Origin: Stegostoma tigrinum
Lineage: Eukaryota
Direction of reading: 5' to 3'
Assembly: GCF_030684315.1 (NCBI RefSeq)
Contig: NC_081391.1
Span: 15,291,342-15,355,341 of the forward strand
DNA length: 64,000 bases
Shown: positions 1 to 13,675 of the stretch, piece by piece
Layout of the letters: every line of letters begins with the position of its first letter
Position numbering within the stretch: the first letter of the stretch is position 1
Program-made: the position numbers and the translations under genes
Notes under the pieces: generated by a model
The model's input: only the letters and a program-made list of their open reading frames with translations
What the model was told of the DNA's origin: nothing
Database searches by the model: none

Positions 1-1924
1 ATGAGACAAGCAACCTGTTCCCCTACAGCAGTTTCTTGCAAATAAGGTAAATCACTCCATCCTCCCTGCCCTGGTTGTTTCAACCAAGACCAGGCCAGGA
101 ATTGAATCCAGTACCCTTTCGTCTACGTGGCTTAGCACAGTAAAATTAGATCATTAAACACTTACTTCATTGCGAAGTCAGAAGCATATTTAATCAGCTG
201 CATTACAGTCTTATCTCCAGTTGAGTGTAGGGATCTCAAAGCTGGCTTTGCTAAACTGACCTTGAAGAATTCTACACGACAAACTGAACAACGTATGGCC
301 CAGCAAGTAGTTCTTGTTAACAGATGATGGCACCGTACAACTGAAATTCTAGATACCCTCCAAACTTATTTTGCTGAAGAGAATTTTTTTTAAAAAGGCA
401 CAGATTTATAAATTAAAGACTTCCTCATCAATAACTCTCCTAAGGGAAGACAAAAAGGGCTATGTAACCTGCTACAACATCTGCCAGAATGATGAACGAC
501 TTGGTTGGCACAGATGAAAGAGGTTCTCTGTTCTTTTACTGGGAAGGTGGTAACATGCAAGATATTTGAACTCCGATAATGGCAGCAATCTCTGAGCTCA
601 TGCTGGATAGGTGGAGTATACTCAAAATCCCAGAAAAAGTACTCAATGCTAGGTTTAAATTGTTACGTTTCAAGTTGTCTATTTACTTTCAAGATAAACA
701 GAGCCAGGGTCTCAAGGCTGGTTAATCAATGCTTCTATCTTGGTAAATGCCCATCACTGGCTCAAAACCATTGGTTAAATATCCTGAAATTCCCTCCCTA
801 ACAGCATAAAACTGCAGAGGATCAAGAGGCAGGTTCTCGGGGCAACCAGGGACAGTAAATAAGTGCTGACCAGTCAGCTAAGCCCACCTTCAACAAGTAA
901 ATTAAGAAAAGAAACACCAGTAATAAAGCAGGTGCAATAATCAGACTAGACTGTTTTCCTTGGCAACAAGGTTTAAAAGGCGACTAGGTAAAGTTATCTA
1001 GTATCACAGGGGTCTGAACACAAAAGATCGGGAGAAGATATTCGCATTGCTGGAAGGATCAAGAACCAGAGGACACAGATTCATGCTAACTGACAAAGAG
1101 CGTCATCACATAGCAAGTGGTTAGAATCTGGAATGTACTACCTGACAGCATGGTAAAGGTTCAATCAAGAGAGTGAAGAGGGCATTGGCTTACAATTTGT
1201 AATGAAAGAACACATAGGGCTTTGGATGGAATGGAGGGGAGTGGCACTGGTGATTGGTTCCTTCAGAGGGCCAACAGAAACACGATGAAATAAATGGCCT
1301 CTTTCTGTGCTATATGCGTTCAATGATAATGTGACTATTAGTTTTGTTCTTTCAGAATAAGTATGTTCAAGATTTTGTCAGTCATGTGCCCTACTGCCCC
1401 AGTAAGTTTGCTTTATCAGAATGTTGGCAAACCGCTTTTGCTCTCAATAAACCATGAACTGCTGATCCCTAAGACTCAAAATATTGATCAGTCTCTATTT
1501 TGGAATGGCACTCCTTGTTCTTGGCTTGACTTCAACAAAAGCCACAAGTGAAGTGCACCTATTTTATAAGCCAATGTTTCAACAGGGCCAGGCCAATTAC
1601 TATAAAATGAGTTAAATATATTATTTAAGAAACACAGTGGAATTTCTCCACCCTGTACCAATCTAGTTATTTACCTTTATGAAGGGGAATGTTCCTCTGA
1701 TCTCCTTCCCTTCAACATACAAAAAATGTTTTCCTTATTAATCTCAACATGTCAGTTGGGATCAATAGCACAAATCTCACCTCTGGATAAGTTCAAGCCA
1801 CCCGATGGATTTGAGTGCAAAGTCTAGAAAAATACGTCCATGCAATTCTGGATTCACAGGTTCAAATTATACTCTCCAAAATCATGCATTCAAGTCCCAG
1901 GTGACCACCACAGGGGAGGTGTCA

Positions 1925-2262
1925 GGGAGCTCTGTGGTTAGCACAGCTGCCTCACAGTGCCAGAGACCCAAGTTCGATTCCACCGTCAGGCAACTGTCTG
2001 TGTGGAGTTTGCACATTCTCCCCATGTCTGCATGGGTTTCCTCCAGGTGCTCTGGTTTCCTCACACAGTCTAAAGACATGCAGGCTAGGTGGATTGGACA
2101 CGCTAAATTGCCCATAGTGCTCAGTGATGTGTAGATTAGGTGGGTGATGCGGGGGGGGGGGGGGGGGATGGGTCTGGGTGGGATGCTCTGGAGGATTGGT
2201 GTGGACTTGTTGGGCTGAACGGCCTGTTTCCACACTGTAGGGATTCTATGATTCTAATGATT
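1925..2262 (+). mobile_element. tRNA-derived V-SINE (HE1-like shark SINE)
   Basis: tRNA-like head (tggttagcac...gttcgattcc), V-domain core (gtgtggagtttgcacattctccccatgtctgcatgggtttcctcc), CR1-like tail ending in gattctat repeats. Three more copies occur in the window. Confidence 0.85.
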
Positions 2263-2279
2263 CTCTACACTGTCAGCTT

Positions 2280-2352
2280 TACCATTTCTTCAAACTGATC
2301 ATGCATCTGGCCTCTCAGGTGGATGTAAAAGATCCCATGGCTCTATTTAAAA
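2280..2352 (+). mobile_element. Deu-domain SINE fragment (SacSINE1/AmnSINE-like)
   Basis: cctctcaggtggatgtaaaagatcccatggctctattt resembles the DeuSINE core. Confidence 0.5.
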
Positions 2353-4134
2353 TGTTAAATTCCAGACAGCCAGATGAAGAATGATTTGGGAGTCAATGTT
2401 GACTCAGTCAAGTATTTATTTACCAGTAAAACACGAGTAGATACCTCCTCACTGAAATACACCACCACTGTTATAACAAGTATTTCTTCACATATGCTCA
2501 AGTAAAACACAAATACGTCCATCCTCATAACTGAACAAAATTGATAAAAATAATATGGAAGTACAAGGCAGCTATCACAACATTTATCCCTCAATTAATA
2601 TTGTGATCGATTTCCGTGTTTTCAAACAGTATTTGATTGCGAGGCACTTGCTGGGCAAACATTGGCAACTACATTTTCTATACAGCAACATCATTATATT
2701 GCAAAACCAACTGTGAAAGTACTCAGGCACTCTGAAGCTGTGAAAGGCTTTTACATAAATACAAATTCTTCTTTCCATTTTTTGAATGAATAATTAAAAG
2801 CAAAATCTGGATGCACACATTTTCATTACTACTTGAAGAGATGATGTCCTGGCCATAAGATCATGATACACAGAAGCAAAACTAGACCATTCAGCCCACT
2901 GAGTCTGTTCTGCCATTCAATCATGTCTGATTTGTTACTTCACCTCGTTCTCTTGACTTCTCCCCATAATATTTGAACTAACAGTTCACAGTGAATCACA
3001 AAATAGATTCATTGATTTTACTAGTTGGTTGCCTGCAGGTCATTAGGAACTACACTTCAAAATATAAGGTACTTTGCAACATCCTGGGAAAGTGAACAAC
3101 AATATGTAAATGCAATCTTTCTATTCATTCCAATTTCGATCGTTTAACCTTAAATTAGAAAATGCATCGAAAGTTACAACTTGTCTTATTGAAAACTTTT
3201 GTTTTTCTAAATTGTTACTCATGTGAGGAATTCATTGTTGGTTTCCATCCTACAATATTTTGAGTCCAGGATAATTGTGGCAGGCATGAAAACTAAGACC
3301 ACAATGAAATTAGCTATAACCTTACTGTATAGTTAACCAAGCTTGAGGGGCCAAAAAGCCTACTCTCGTTCCCCGTTACTTACATCCTTATTCTGGTTAT
3401 CCTGCTCAATATCATTTGAAAATGCTCCAAAGTGGCAACTTTGAATAGTGCCTAGTTACTTCAACTAAAATTGTTGAAAAATAACAGCTATAAACTTTGT
3501 ATTTAAAGTCCAACTTCTGTGCCTTCAGGACTTTCCAAAATATTGATGGACAGCTGTAAGTTTGGAAATGTTTACCAAATAAAATTAATTGCTCCACAAC
3601 AAGTAAACTAAAGCATTCTTCACAACAATCGACTGTATTCATTAAGAGAAAGTTCTGCAACACTAAAGCAGAATGCTTGGTACCTTTAAACTGCTTTATC
3701 GTTTCTGGCTCAGTGAGCACCTAAGCTTTCAAAGGAGGGAGGTGATAAAGGTTTGAACCATGCAACGTCTTCTCTTTTCTCACTATGGTTTGTCTCCTTT
3801 TAAAGCAAATCTATGACATTATAACTGTCTTTCCCTTATAAAAATGATCACGCAACATGACACCACGGCAGCCAAGGTCCAAATTGAGTAGCACTCAAAA
3901 ATGGGAGTGATAGTGATAATGAACCCACTATTACAATGTTGATATTTAGAAGATTGCAATATGTTAGGAATGCCAATTTTATTGAACAAATACTTTACAA
4001 CAGTCTTCACCAAACAGGATACAATTAATATCCCTGCTGCAGCAATAAATCAGGAAACGGAAGGAGGTAGGAACTCTGTAAAATTGCAATCACCAGATAA
4101 ATGGTTCTTCATAAACATTACAGCTCCTTGCGAA

Positions 4135-6566
4135 GTCATGGGGGACTTCAACTTTCCAAATACTGACTGGGAACACTATAGTTTGAGTACTATAGATGGA
4201 TCAGTTTTTGTCTAGTGTGTGCAGGAGGGCTTCCTGACACAGTATGTTGATAGGCCAACAAGGGGCGAAGCCACATTAGATTTGGTACTGGGTAATGAGC
4301 CTGGCCAGGTGTTGGATTTGGAAGTAGGTGAGCACTTTGGTGATAGCGATCACAATTCTGTTATGTTTACTTTAGTGATAGAAAGGGATAGGTGTATACC
4401 ACTGGGCAACAGTTATAGCTGGGGGAAAGGCAATTACAATGAAATTAGGCAAGATTTAGGGAGCAGAGGATGGGGAGGGAAACTGCAGGGGATGGGCACA
4501 TTAGAAATGTGGAGCTTATTCAAAGAAAAGCTCCTGTGTGTCCGAGATAAGTATGTACCTGTCAGGCAGGGAGGAAGCTGTAGAGTGCGGGAGCTGTGGT
4601 TTACGAAGGAAGTGGAATCTCTGGTCAAGAGGAAGAAGGCGGCTTATGTCAGGATGAGATGTGAAGGCTCAGTTAAAGCGCTTGAGGGTTGCAAGATAGC
4701 CAGAGAGACCTACAGACAGAGCTCAGAAGAGCCAGGAGGAGACATGAGAAGTTGTTGGCGGATAGGATCAGGGTAAACCCTAAGGCTTTCTATAGGTATT
4801 TAAGGAATAAAAGAATGACGAAAGTAAGATTAGGGCCAATCAAGGATAGTAGTGGGAAGTTGTGTGTGGAGTCAGAGGAGATAGGGGAAGCGCTAAATGA
4901 ATATTTTTCGACAGTATTCACTCTAGAAAGTGACAATGTTGTCGAGGAAAATACTGAGATACAGGCTACTAGACTAGGTGGGATTGAGGTTCACAAGAAA
5001 GAGGTATTAGAAATTCTACAGAGTCTGAAGATAGACAAGTCCCTTGGGCCGGATGGGATTTATCCTAGGATCCTCTGGGAAGCCAGGGAGGAGATTGCCG
5101 AGCCTTTGACATTGATCGTTAACTCATTATTGTCTACAGAAATAGTGCCAGGCGACTGGAGGATAGCAAATGTGGTTCCCCTGTTCAAGAGGGGGAGTAG
5201 AGACAACCCTGGTAATTATAGACCAGTGAGCCTTACCTCAGTTGTTGGAAAAGGTTATAAGAGATAGGATTTATAATCATCTAGAAAAGAATAATTTGAT
5301 TAGGGATAGTCAGCATGGTTTTGTGAAGGGTTGGTCGTGCCTCACAAACCTCATTGAGTTCTTTGAGAAGGTGACCAAACAGGTAGATGAGAGTAAACCG
5401 GTTGATGTGGTGTATATGGATTTCAGCAAGGCTTTCGATAAGGTTCCCCACAGTAGGCTATTGTACAAAATGCGGAGGAATAGGATTGTGGGAGATATAG
5501 CAGTTTGGATCAGAAATTGGCTTGCTGAAAGAAGACAGAGGGTGGTAGTTGATGGGAAATGTTCATCCTGGAGACCAGTTACTAGTGGTGTACCGTAAGG
5601 GTCGGTGTTGGGTCCACTGCTGTTTGTCATTTTTATAAATGACCTGGAGGAGGGCGTAGAAGGATGGGTTAGTAAATTTGCAGACGACACTAAGGTCGGT
5701 GGAGTTGTGTATAGTGACAAAGAATGCTGTAGGTTGCAGAGAGACATAGATAAGCTGCAGAGCTGGGCTGAGAGGTGGCAAATGGAGTTTAATGCGGACA
5801 AGTGAGAGGTGATGTACTTTGGTAGGAGTAAACGGAATACAAAGTACTGGGCTAATGGTAAAATTCTTGGTAGTGTAGACAAGCAGAGAGATCTCGTCTA
5901 TGTACACAGATCCTTGAAAGTTGCCAACCAGGTTGACAGGGCTGTTAAGAAGGCACACAGTGTCTTAGCTTTTATTAATAGAGGGATCGAGTTCCGGAAC
6001 CATGAGGTTATGCTGCAGCTGTACAAAACTCTGGTGCGGCTGGACTTGGAGTATTGCATACAGTTCTGGTCACTGCATTAGAAGGGGGATGTGGAAGCTT
6101 TGGAAAGGGTGCAGAGGAGATTTACTAGGATGTTGCCTGGTATGGAGGAAAGGTCTTACAAGGAAAGGCTGAGGGACTTGAGGCTGTTTTCATTAGAGAG
6201 AAGGTTGAGAGGTGACTTAATTGAGACATATAAGATAATCAGAGGGTTAGATAGGGTGGATAGGGAGAGCCTTTTTCCTAAGATGGCGACGGCGAGCACA
6301 AGGGGGCATAGTTTTAAACTGAGGGGTGAAAGATATAGGACAAATGTCAGAGGTAGTTTCTTTACTCAGTAGTAAGGAAATGGAACGCTTTGCCTACAAC
6401 GGTAGTAGATTCGCCAACTTTAAGTACATTTAAGTCGTCATTGGACAAGCATATGGACGTACATGGAATAGTGTAGGTTAGATGGGCTTCAGATTGGTAT
6501 GACAGGTCGGCACAACGTCGAGGGCTGAAGGGCCTGTACTGTGCTGTAATGTTCTATGTTCTATGT
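4135..6566 (+). mobile_element. Young 5'-truncated CR1 (L3/HER1-type) LINE, ORF2 endonuclease-RT disabled by stops and frameshifts
   Basis: APE endonuclease motifs MGDFN, TLDLVL and SDHN; RT motifs PGNYRPVSLTS, QHGFVKG, DFSKAFDKVPH, LGPLLFVIFINDL and KFADDTK; 3' tail (gttctat)n ending at ~6566. Confidence 0.95.
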
Positions 6567-6826
6567 ACCTGTATCCTTATGGACTTCATAATGGGGTCCT
6601 AAAGGTAGTAGCTAATGAGACAATGGGTTCACTTGTTTTAATTTCCAAAGATCCCCTGATTTGGGACAGACCTACCACATTGAAAAGTAGCCAACGTAAT
6701 CCCTTTATTCAAAAAGGGAGGTAGACATAAAGCCGAGGCCAGATTGTTTAATATTCATCACAATAAATGTTAGGAGATATTCTTAAATATATCATAGAAG
6801 GGCACATGCTAGTTAAATGCAAATCA

Positions 6827-7975
6827 ACTGAGATTTTTGAGTATCAAAGAAGTTTGATGAAGGCAGAGAGGTGAATGCTGTCTCCGTGGCCATAAAGCGT
6901 TCGGCAAGGTTCCGCACAGCAGACTGGTTAACAAGGTTGGATCACATGGAATCCAGGAAGAGCTAGCCGTTTGGAGGGGGGTGGTGCAAGGCTGTTTTTC
7001 AGACTGAAGGCCATGTGACTATGTATGCTGCAAGGACTGGCGCTAGGTCCACTGCTTTTTGCCATTTATACAAATGATTTGGATGTAAATACAGGAGGAA
7101 TGGTTAGTAAGTTTGCAGATGACACTAAAATTTATGATGTAGTGGGCAGTGAAGGAGGTTACATCAGAATACAATGGGACCTTGATCATGTTGATTGAAG
7201 ACTTGCAGATGGAGTTTAATTTAAATAAATGTGGGTGTTGCACTTTGGTAAGGAAGGACATATACACTTCATGGTAAGGTCCTGGGAAGTGATGCTGAAC
7301 AAAGATTTTGGGATGCAGGTTCACAGTTCCTTGAAGATGGAGTTGCCAGTAGACAGGGTAGAGAAGGCAGCATTTGCACTTGCCTTCATTGGTCAGTGCA
7401 TTGAGTATAGCTGTTAGGATGTGAGGTTAAGGCTGTACAGGACCCACATTAAGTCACTTTTAGGATACTGCATTCAATTCTGGTCTCCCTTCTGTAGCAA
7501 AAATGTTGTTAAATTAGAAAGGGTGCAGAAAAGCTTAACAAGGATGTTGCCACGGTTGGAGGGTTTGTGCTAAAAGGGAGGCACTGAGCAGGCTGGGGTT
7601 ATTTTGCCTAGAGCATTTCAGGCTGAGCGGTGATCTTAGAGATTGCAGGAATAGGGTGAATAGGCAAGGTTTTTTTCCTCAGGGTAGGGAAGTCTAAAAC
7701 TAGAGGGCATAGGTTAAAAGAGAAAGGGGAAAGATTTAAAAGGGACCCAAGGGGCAACATTTTCACGCAGAAGTGTTTATGTATGGAATATGCTGCCAGA
7801 GGAACTGATGGTGCCTGGTACAATTACAAAATTTAAAAGGCACCTGGATGAGTACATGAAAGGAAGGGTTTAAGCAGGATATGAGGCAAATGGGACTAGA
7901 TCAACTTAGGGTATCTGGTCAGCAGGAAAAGGTAGGCTGAAGTGTCTGTTTCCGTGCTGTACATCTTTATGACTA
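6827..7975 (+). mobile_element. Degenerate CR1 LINE 3' portion
   Basis: RT remnants (gtaagtttgcagatgacac = SKFADD; VLHFG) and a typical CR1 3' UTR ending ctttatgactat. Confidence 0.85.
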
Positions 7976-10616
7976 TTCAGGCAGAGCCCACGTGGTTAGG
8001 TGAAAGAGAAATTATGTTTGACATATCTTTTGGAGTTCTTTGAGGAAGTAACATGTGCTTCAGATAAAGGGGAACCAGTGGATATACTGTACTTGGATTC
8101 AGAGAAGGCATCTGATAAACTGCCACATCATAGGTTATTGTGGAAAATAAAAACTCATTGCATAAAGGACAACAAACTGGCATTGATAGCAAATTGGCTA
8201 GGTGACAGGAAGCAGAGACTAAGCAAGAAAGTTTGGCAAAATATTGTGAATGGTATACCAAGGGGGTCAGAGATGAGATCTCAACTATTTACAAATTTAT
8301 ATAGATGACTTAGATGGACGGGCGACAGTATGGTTGCCAAATGTGCTGACAACGCAACAACAGGTAGGAACAAAGTTGTGAAAATACATAGGGAGACTAC
8401 AAAATGATACAGATAGATTAAGTGAGCAAAGATGTTATGCCCTTAGAATACAATGTGGGAATATTAAAACGAATCCATTTTGGCAAGAAAAATAAAGTAG
8501 TATCTTATCTAAACGGTGAGACTCTGTAAAGCTAAGAAATACAGAGTGATGAGTATTCAGGTGCATAAATTGCAAAAGGTTAGTATGCACAAACAAAAAG
8601 TAAATTAGGAAAGCTAATAAGAACGTCATCATTTATCACAGGGCGGGCTGATTTGGGAATTTAGGCGTCGGTTATGTACAGCACTGGTGAGACTGTCTCC
8701 AGAGTATTGCACACAGTATTCATCACTTTCTTTAAGGACGGACACAAATGCTTTGCAGGAATGCTTACTAGAGTTAGGTGCTCGAGGTTGAATTCTTGCG
8801 TCAATTAGCTGACTTTGATTACAAATGACTGCAAAGATGAATGGGAAAGCCAACTAAGAGCATCTGTCTCAGGGAGAAATTGGTTTGTGCAGAAAGTGAG
8901 AAATCACCAAAAACAGTCAAGCACCTGCTCCATCACTCCTTTCACAATTTTGCAACTTGAAACAGCTATAGAGAGCACCAACTACTTGTAGAGGTGTAGT
9001 GACCACCAGAAAAAGAAAATCAACAGCAACACATTATTGATGGTCCTTTTAAAATAGCAATGGGTGGGGTGCTGCTGAACACAATCAGCTGTACAAATTT
9101 AATGAGATTACATTGGAAAAAAAACTTACTATTGCAAGAACCCATGTGTTATTCAGACTAGCTTCTCTGCTGATAGAGGGTTCTCATCGAGTTTTGCGAG
9201 AAAGTGTTCAAATATGAATACAAGGAGAGAACCAAGAACTTACTATGTCTTTTACCTCAACTGACAACAAATAGCAGGCTCAATCAGAAAGAAAACAGTG
9301 TCCATAGAATCTCTCAATGCCGTTAAACAACTGATTCCTCTGGAAGGCAAGAGTAAAAACTGGATCAACCATTTCTTAATAAAGAAAGCCAAGCTTAACA
9401 TCCTCAAATATTAGTTAATAATAGACAATCAATCAGAAAGATCAGTGAACAAATTAGCTTTTTTGATCAGTTTAGAGTCACTATTTTGTTATTTATCAAC
9501 AGCAAAATTATATCATCTCAATTTTCTACACTTACTGTAAAACGTAACACAATTAACAGCGACAAGAGAACTTCAAATCATCGTCTAATTATAGCTCTTG
9601 AATGCAAATCATGCCATTTAACTAAGGATGCTTTTTAGTGACGAAAAGACAACTTTACAAATGCAGAATATATTGTACCCTGTGAACTTCAGCTGGTGTT
9701 TTGAGTGTCAACCAAATGCACGGTGAAGACCGAAGTTAAATGTTACAGTATACCAAAAATTTATAGTAGTCTTGCAACTCTGGCGTGAACACACCAAGCT
9801 CCTTGCCAAAGGGCAGAGTCAACGTAGCATGAGGAGGGAGGTGCACTATGCAGACAAGGCACATGACTGAGAAAACTAGGTGAGAGGTTACAGCCAGGAA
9901 AAAGGCTTAAGAGGCGAGTCTGCAAGTTTTTAAAATTAACCACAAACATAAAATGCAGATACTAACAGAACATAGCTGTGCACTAGCCGTATAACGTTTA
10001 AAACTTGCAAGAAAACATACAAGGGACGGTACATAATTGATCAACCAGCTAGTAAAATTAAAATAAACCTCAAATTAAGATGCAAGGCCAACACAACCTA
10101 TATCATAGTCCAAAGATACAAAATGTTTACTCTATTTTGTACATTTTGTTCAGTAAAGTTCTGTACACCAAAAACTTTTAAGTACAATAATAACAGACTA
10201 ATAAGGAATGTTATGTACAATGGCAATGAAATGGAAAACAGATCCACATTGCTTGGTGGCACTACTTAAGGAAGCCTGGATCCCAGGAGAGTTCCTGCTT
10301 TTTTTAAAAAAAATATACTTCTCAAGGGATCCTTAATGTCCACATAACATGGAACAGACAGATGTAGTATTTTTAGCATCATATCAAAGAAATGTTTCAC
10401 TGACAACATAGCACATTACCAGCAGGACTATGCAGTATTAGTTTGGATTATTTGCTTGAACCCAAAAAAAAGCATAAACAAATAACTCTAAATCAGACTG
10501 CTGCCAACTGACATTGATAAACTAACTTCTGATTCACTTAGTATTCACTTTTACGCTATTCAGTCTTTGCACAATATACCTTTGCAGTTCACTGAGCTTT
10601 TTCAACTTAAAAAGCC

Positions 10617-10715
10617 GTAGAACATAGAACAATACAGCGCAGAACAGACCCTTCGGCCCTCGATGTTGCACCGACTTGTGAGCTAATCTAAGCCCATCCC
10701 CCTACACTATCCCAC
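10617..10715 (-). mobile_element. CR1 3'-end fragment
   Basis: Reverse complement of the tail seen at ~6470-6566 (tagaacatagaac..., cttcggccctcga). Confidence 0.75.
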
Positions 10716-13027
10716 TAAGCCAGGTGGTAAAAGAATGCACAATCGGCAGCATAATTGTGCAAGACCTGGCTGAGGTAAAAATCAGAGACTCTTAAGTTGC
10801 TACAAACAAATTCTAGCCACCACTATGCAGCTAATACCCTACAACTATTTCACAACGATGGCCTTGTAGTCCTCTGACATGTTGGTTGACTCAATGCCAC
10901 ACTAGCCAATGCACTGGTTTATTCCCAGAGTTACTAGGACCACAAACTAATAAATTATTCTGCTTCTTCTTTACTTACAGCGTCAAGACATTAATGGACC
11001 ACCTTACTCCTGTAACTCAATACAAAATCTAATCCCAAACCACCAGACGCTGGGTGATGACAATTTTCAATCTAATTGCAGCTTGCCCTCGACAGGTCCC
11101 CATTAGTGGGATGGCTGAGGTCAGCAGCAGCAGAAGCAGAATGAGCAGTGAGGGAGTGGGTTACTACAAACTTAAATCCTTTCATTCCTCAGTAACCCAT
11201 TACACAGTGATCTACCTTGATGTTGCATGCATTAGGTGAGAGCTGGGGTTTTAAGTGCATGTCTCATAATTGAACACCCCAAATGCAACCTCAGCTGCAG
11301 ATCACATGCACAAGAGCCACTTGAGGAAACTTTTGAAGCATCAACATCTTCAGGGCAAAAGGAGGGGTCTAAGGGGACAAAGTGTTTCTAAATGATCTAG
11401 AGTTGGGTTTATAAGAGTCAAATTCTCTTAGCTAACTGGTACAGTCCAGAAACAGGATTTCTTAAGGCCATAGGTCTCGTGTTCACACACTGTCCAGTGT
11501 AGTCTCGTGCAAATTGTTAAACAGTTGAAAACTCCAAACAACGAATCCAAGCAATGAGGTCTCCTGCAAAGAACATGCAATACGATCCATGCGTTCACAT
11601 TTTCGCACTAACGGGGGTATGTCACTGTGGCGAACAATCTTATGAAATGCTTTCAAATAAGCTAACACAAAGTAAAACCCTTTTCATTAATTTTGCCTTC
11701 CCGTTTCCTGTTCTGTAGCTTTGGCGTAATCAATCTGAATAAGTATATGAATTTCTCTTACCCAGTATCTGTTGCTGCCTTCAATAAATATAAAACATCA
11801 CAGTAAACAACCAGTTAAATTATAAAGTTAGTACAACCAGTTCTTAACCAACAAGCTTAGCAAGTTGACTTGAAATCAGTATCTTCACTGCTTTAAGTGC
11901 AACTTGAGCATCAAGAAAGACAGGAGGGACGGTAGGAAGGTGTGGCAAGACTTGCACTTAAATTCATGGCATATTAATTTTTTTCTTTCATAGACTTAAA
12001 CTATTTGAATCACTTTGCATCATTAGCAGTCCGCACATAGGGCAGATTTGCACAAATCAGAAATGGCAGTGTGAGAAAAAAACTGAAATCTGGAAACAAA
12101 GTCGGAAAATGCAGGTAATAGAATCAAGTATTTTAGCATCTTGAAAGGGAAAAATACTAGGTAATAATAGGGGGGAAAATAGGTTCATATTTCAAAAGCC
12201 CACCCTTTATTACAACTATATTTTCCAACATTTTGTGCCAGTAATACGTTAGGAAGAATGTAATATAGTATTGACCAAAAACTGCAATTGTTGTCAAAAG
12301 ATCACATTTTGAAAAGTTGGTCTACTAGCAATAGAGAAAAATTCATCTAAAAAAAAAGTGCATTATGTTGTTAATGGCAACATGAAGCCACTTAACATGA
12401 AAACAATCAAAACTAAACTACTAATTTTAAACAAAGGAAAAAAGGTGACTTGCAATACCTCTGAAATCTTCAGAGTAATGATAAAGCCTAAAGTATTATC
12501 AGTTATGAGATTTCTCAGTACAATCAGCCAGTTTATTTTCTGTATTTTCAACTGAAGGCGTACAATCTTGCCAAGAGTTGCATTGACAATGAACTGATTT
12601 GTTGTACCTTTGTCTCAGCCTGGCTCGTGTTGGTGGAGATAGCGGTGGACAATTGGACCAACAAGAGCACCACAGCTGAATTCAATCTGATCCTCATCTA
12701 ATATTTGTGCACACTCCTACCAAGCAGAAGTGGCAACACTGACTGGCATTAGTTAGAAGTAACAATACTCCCAGCTCTGGTCAGTCCAGCTTACCATAAA
12801 AAATAGCAGTAAATTGAGCATGCATATCAACAAATTCCTAAAGGTAACAGGACAAAAGGAGGTGGTGGTTAAAAAAAGTACATGGGTTACTTGAGTTAGT
12901 AAGCAGAAAAATGGATATTAAAAGCAGAAATCATGCTCAAACTACTGAATCACGAGAAAGGTAGCATAGAACTTTAAAAGGACATAAAAACAGAAGTTGC
13001 TGGAAACGTTCTGCAGGTGTGGTAGTA

Positions 13028-13260
13028 GCGAGTTTTGAGAAGATTTGTAGCTCAGGTTGAGTTTCTGGATGAGAGTTTGCTCGCTGAGCTGGAAGGTTAG
13101 TTTTCAGACGTTTCGTCACCATTCTAGGTAACATCATCAGTGAGCCTCCGATGAAGCGCTGGTGTTGCGTCCCGTTTTCTATTTATCTGGTTAGGTTTCC
13201 TTGGGTTGGTGATGTCATTTCCTGTTCTTTTTCTCAGTTCTGAGCGAGCAAACTCACATC
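13028..13260 (-). mobile_element. Penelope-like pLTR fragment with a short inverted 5' piece
   Basis: Nearly identical to 24946-25155. Flanked by TSD caggt(g/c)tggtagta at 13014-13027 and 13261-13274. Confidence 0.85.
13104..13143 (-). ncRNA. Minimal type I hammerhead ribozyme motif in a Penelope pLTR
   Basis: Minus strand reads uca-CUGAUGA-u-GUUACC(uagaau)GGUGAC-GAAA-CG-UC-uga: intact core, 6-bp stem II, palindromic ACGU stem III, 3-bp stem I. Confidence 0.7.
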
Positions 13261-13675
13261 CAGGTCTGGTAGTATCTGTAAAGAGAATCAGGGTTAACAT
13301 TTCGGGTCTGGAGACTTTTAATCAGAACTCAGACCTGAAATGTTAACTCGGATTTCTCTTCACAGGTGCTGCCAGACCTGCTGAGCTTTACCAACATTTG
13401 TTTTTGTTCCTGATTGACAACATCTGCAGTCCTTTTTGTTTTCATTTAAAAGGACAAAGGTGGCAGAACATGCAGTTAAGAGTGCCGGTCATTTTGCCAG
13501 GAAGAAATTGGAGATGGAAAGCAAAATAAAACAAAGGGTAAAATACTTAAGCGGTGCAGGAACAGAGAGGCCTGGATGTGTTTATCCACAAATCAAAGCA
13601 GGTGCCAGGAATGGTTAAGAACACGATTAATAAATCACACCGCATTTTGGGTTCTAACGGTACAAAATCAAGGAA

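Larger units (their letters stand above)
3955..8770 (+). mobile_element. Old degenerate CR1 LINE, split into pieces at ~3955-4130, ~6567-6826 and ~7976-8770 by two younger CR1 insertions
   Basis: The pieces read colinearly as CR1 ORF2: LLNKYFTTVFTK, then a degenerate PGPDG/VLK-like region, then a QSxHG-like motif and CLTYLLEFFEEVT..VDILYLD..DKLPHHRLL. Confidence 0.7.
12978..13440. mobile_element. Palindromic non-autonomous Penelope-derived element, interrupted by a Penelope pLTR fragment
   Basis: aaaacagaagttgctgg...caggtctggtagtatctg...gttaacatttcgggtc is mirrored by gacctgaaatgttaact...gccagacctgctgagc...ttttgttcc. Same family as 25925-26128 and 48693-48925. Confidence 0.7.

Noticed and set aside
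488-596. Possible C/D box snoRNA (ATGATGA...CTGA)
   Set aside because: No convincing terminal stem or recognisable rRNA guide, and it is on the strand opposite the presumed host gene.
3684-3720. Possible 37-nt minus-strand exon (VLTEPETIKQFK)
   Set aside because: Weak polypyrimidine tract and donor; no recognisable protein and no partner exons.
5310-5958. Long minus-strand ORFs (190 and 131 aa)
   Set aside because: Antisense shadows of the CR1 reverse transcriptase.
11483-11544. Minus-strand acceptor (tctttgcag) suggesting an exon
   Set aside because: No good donor and no recognisable translation in any frame.
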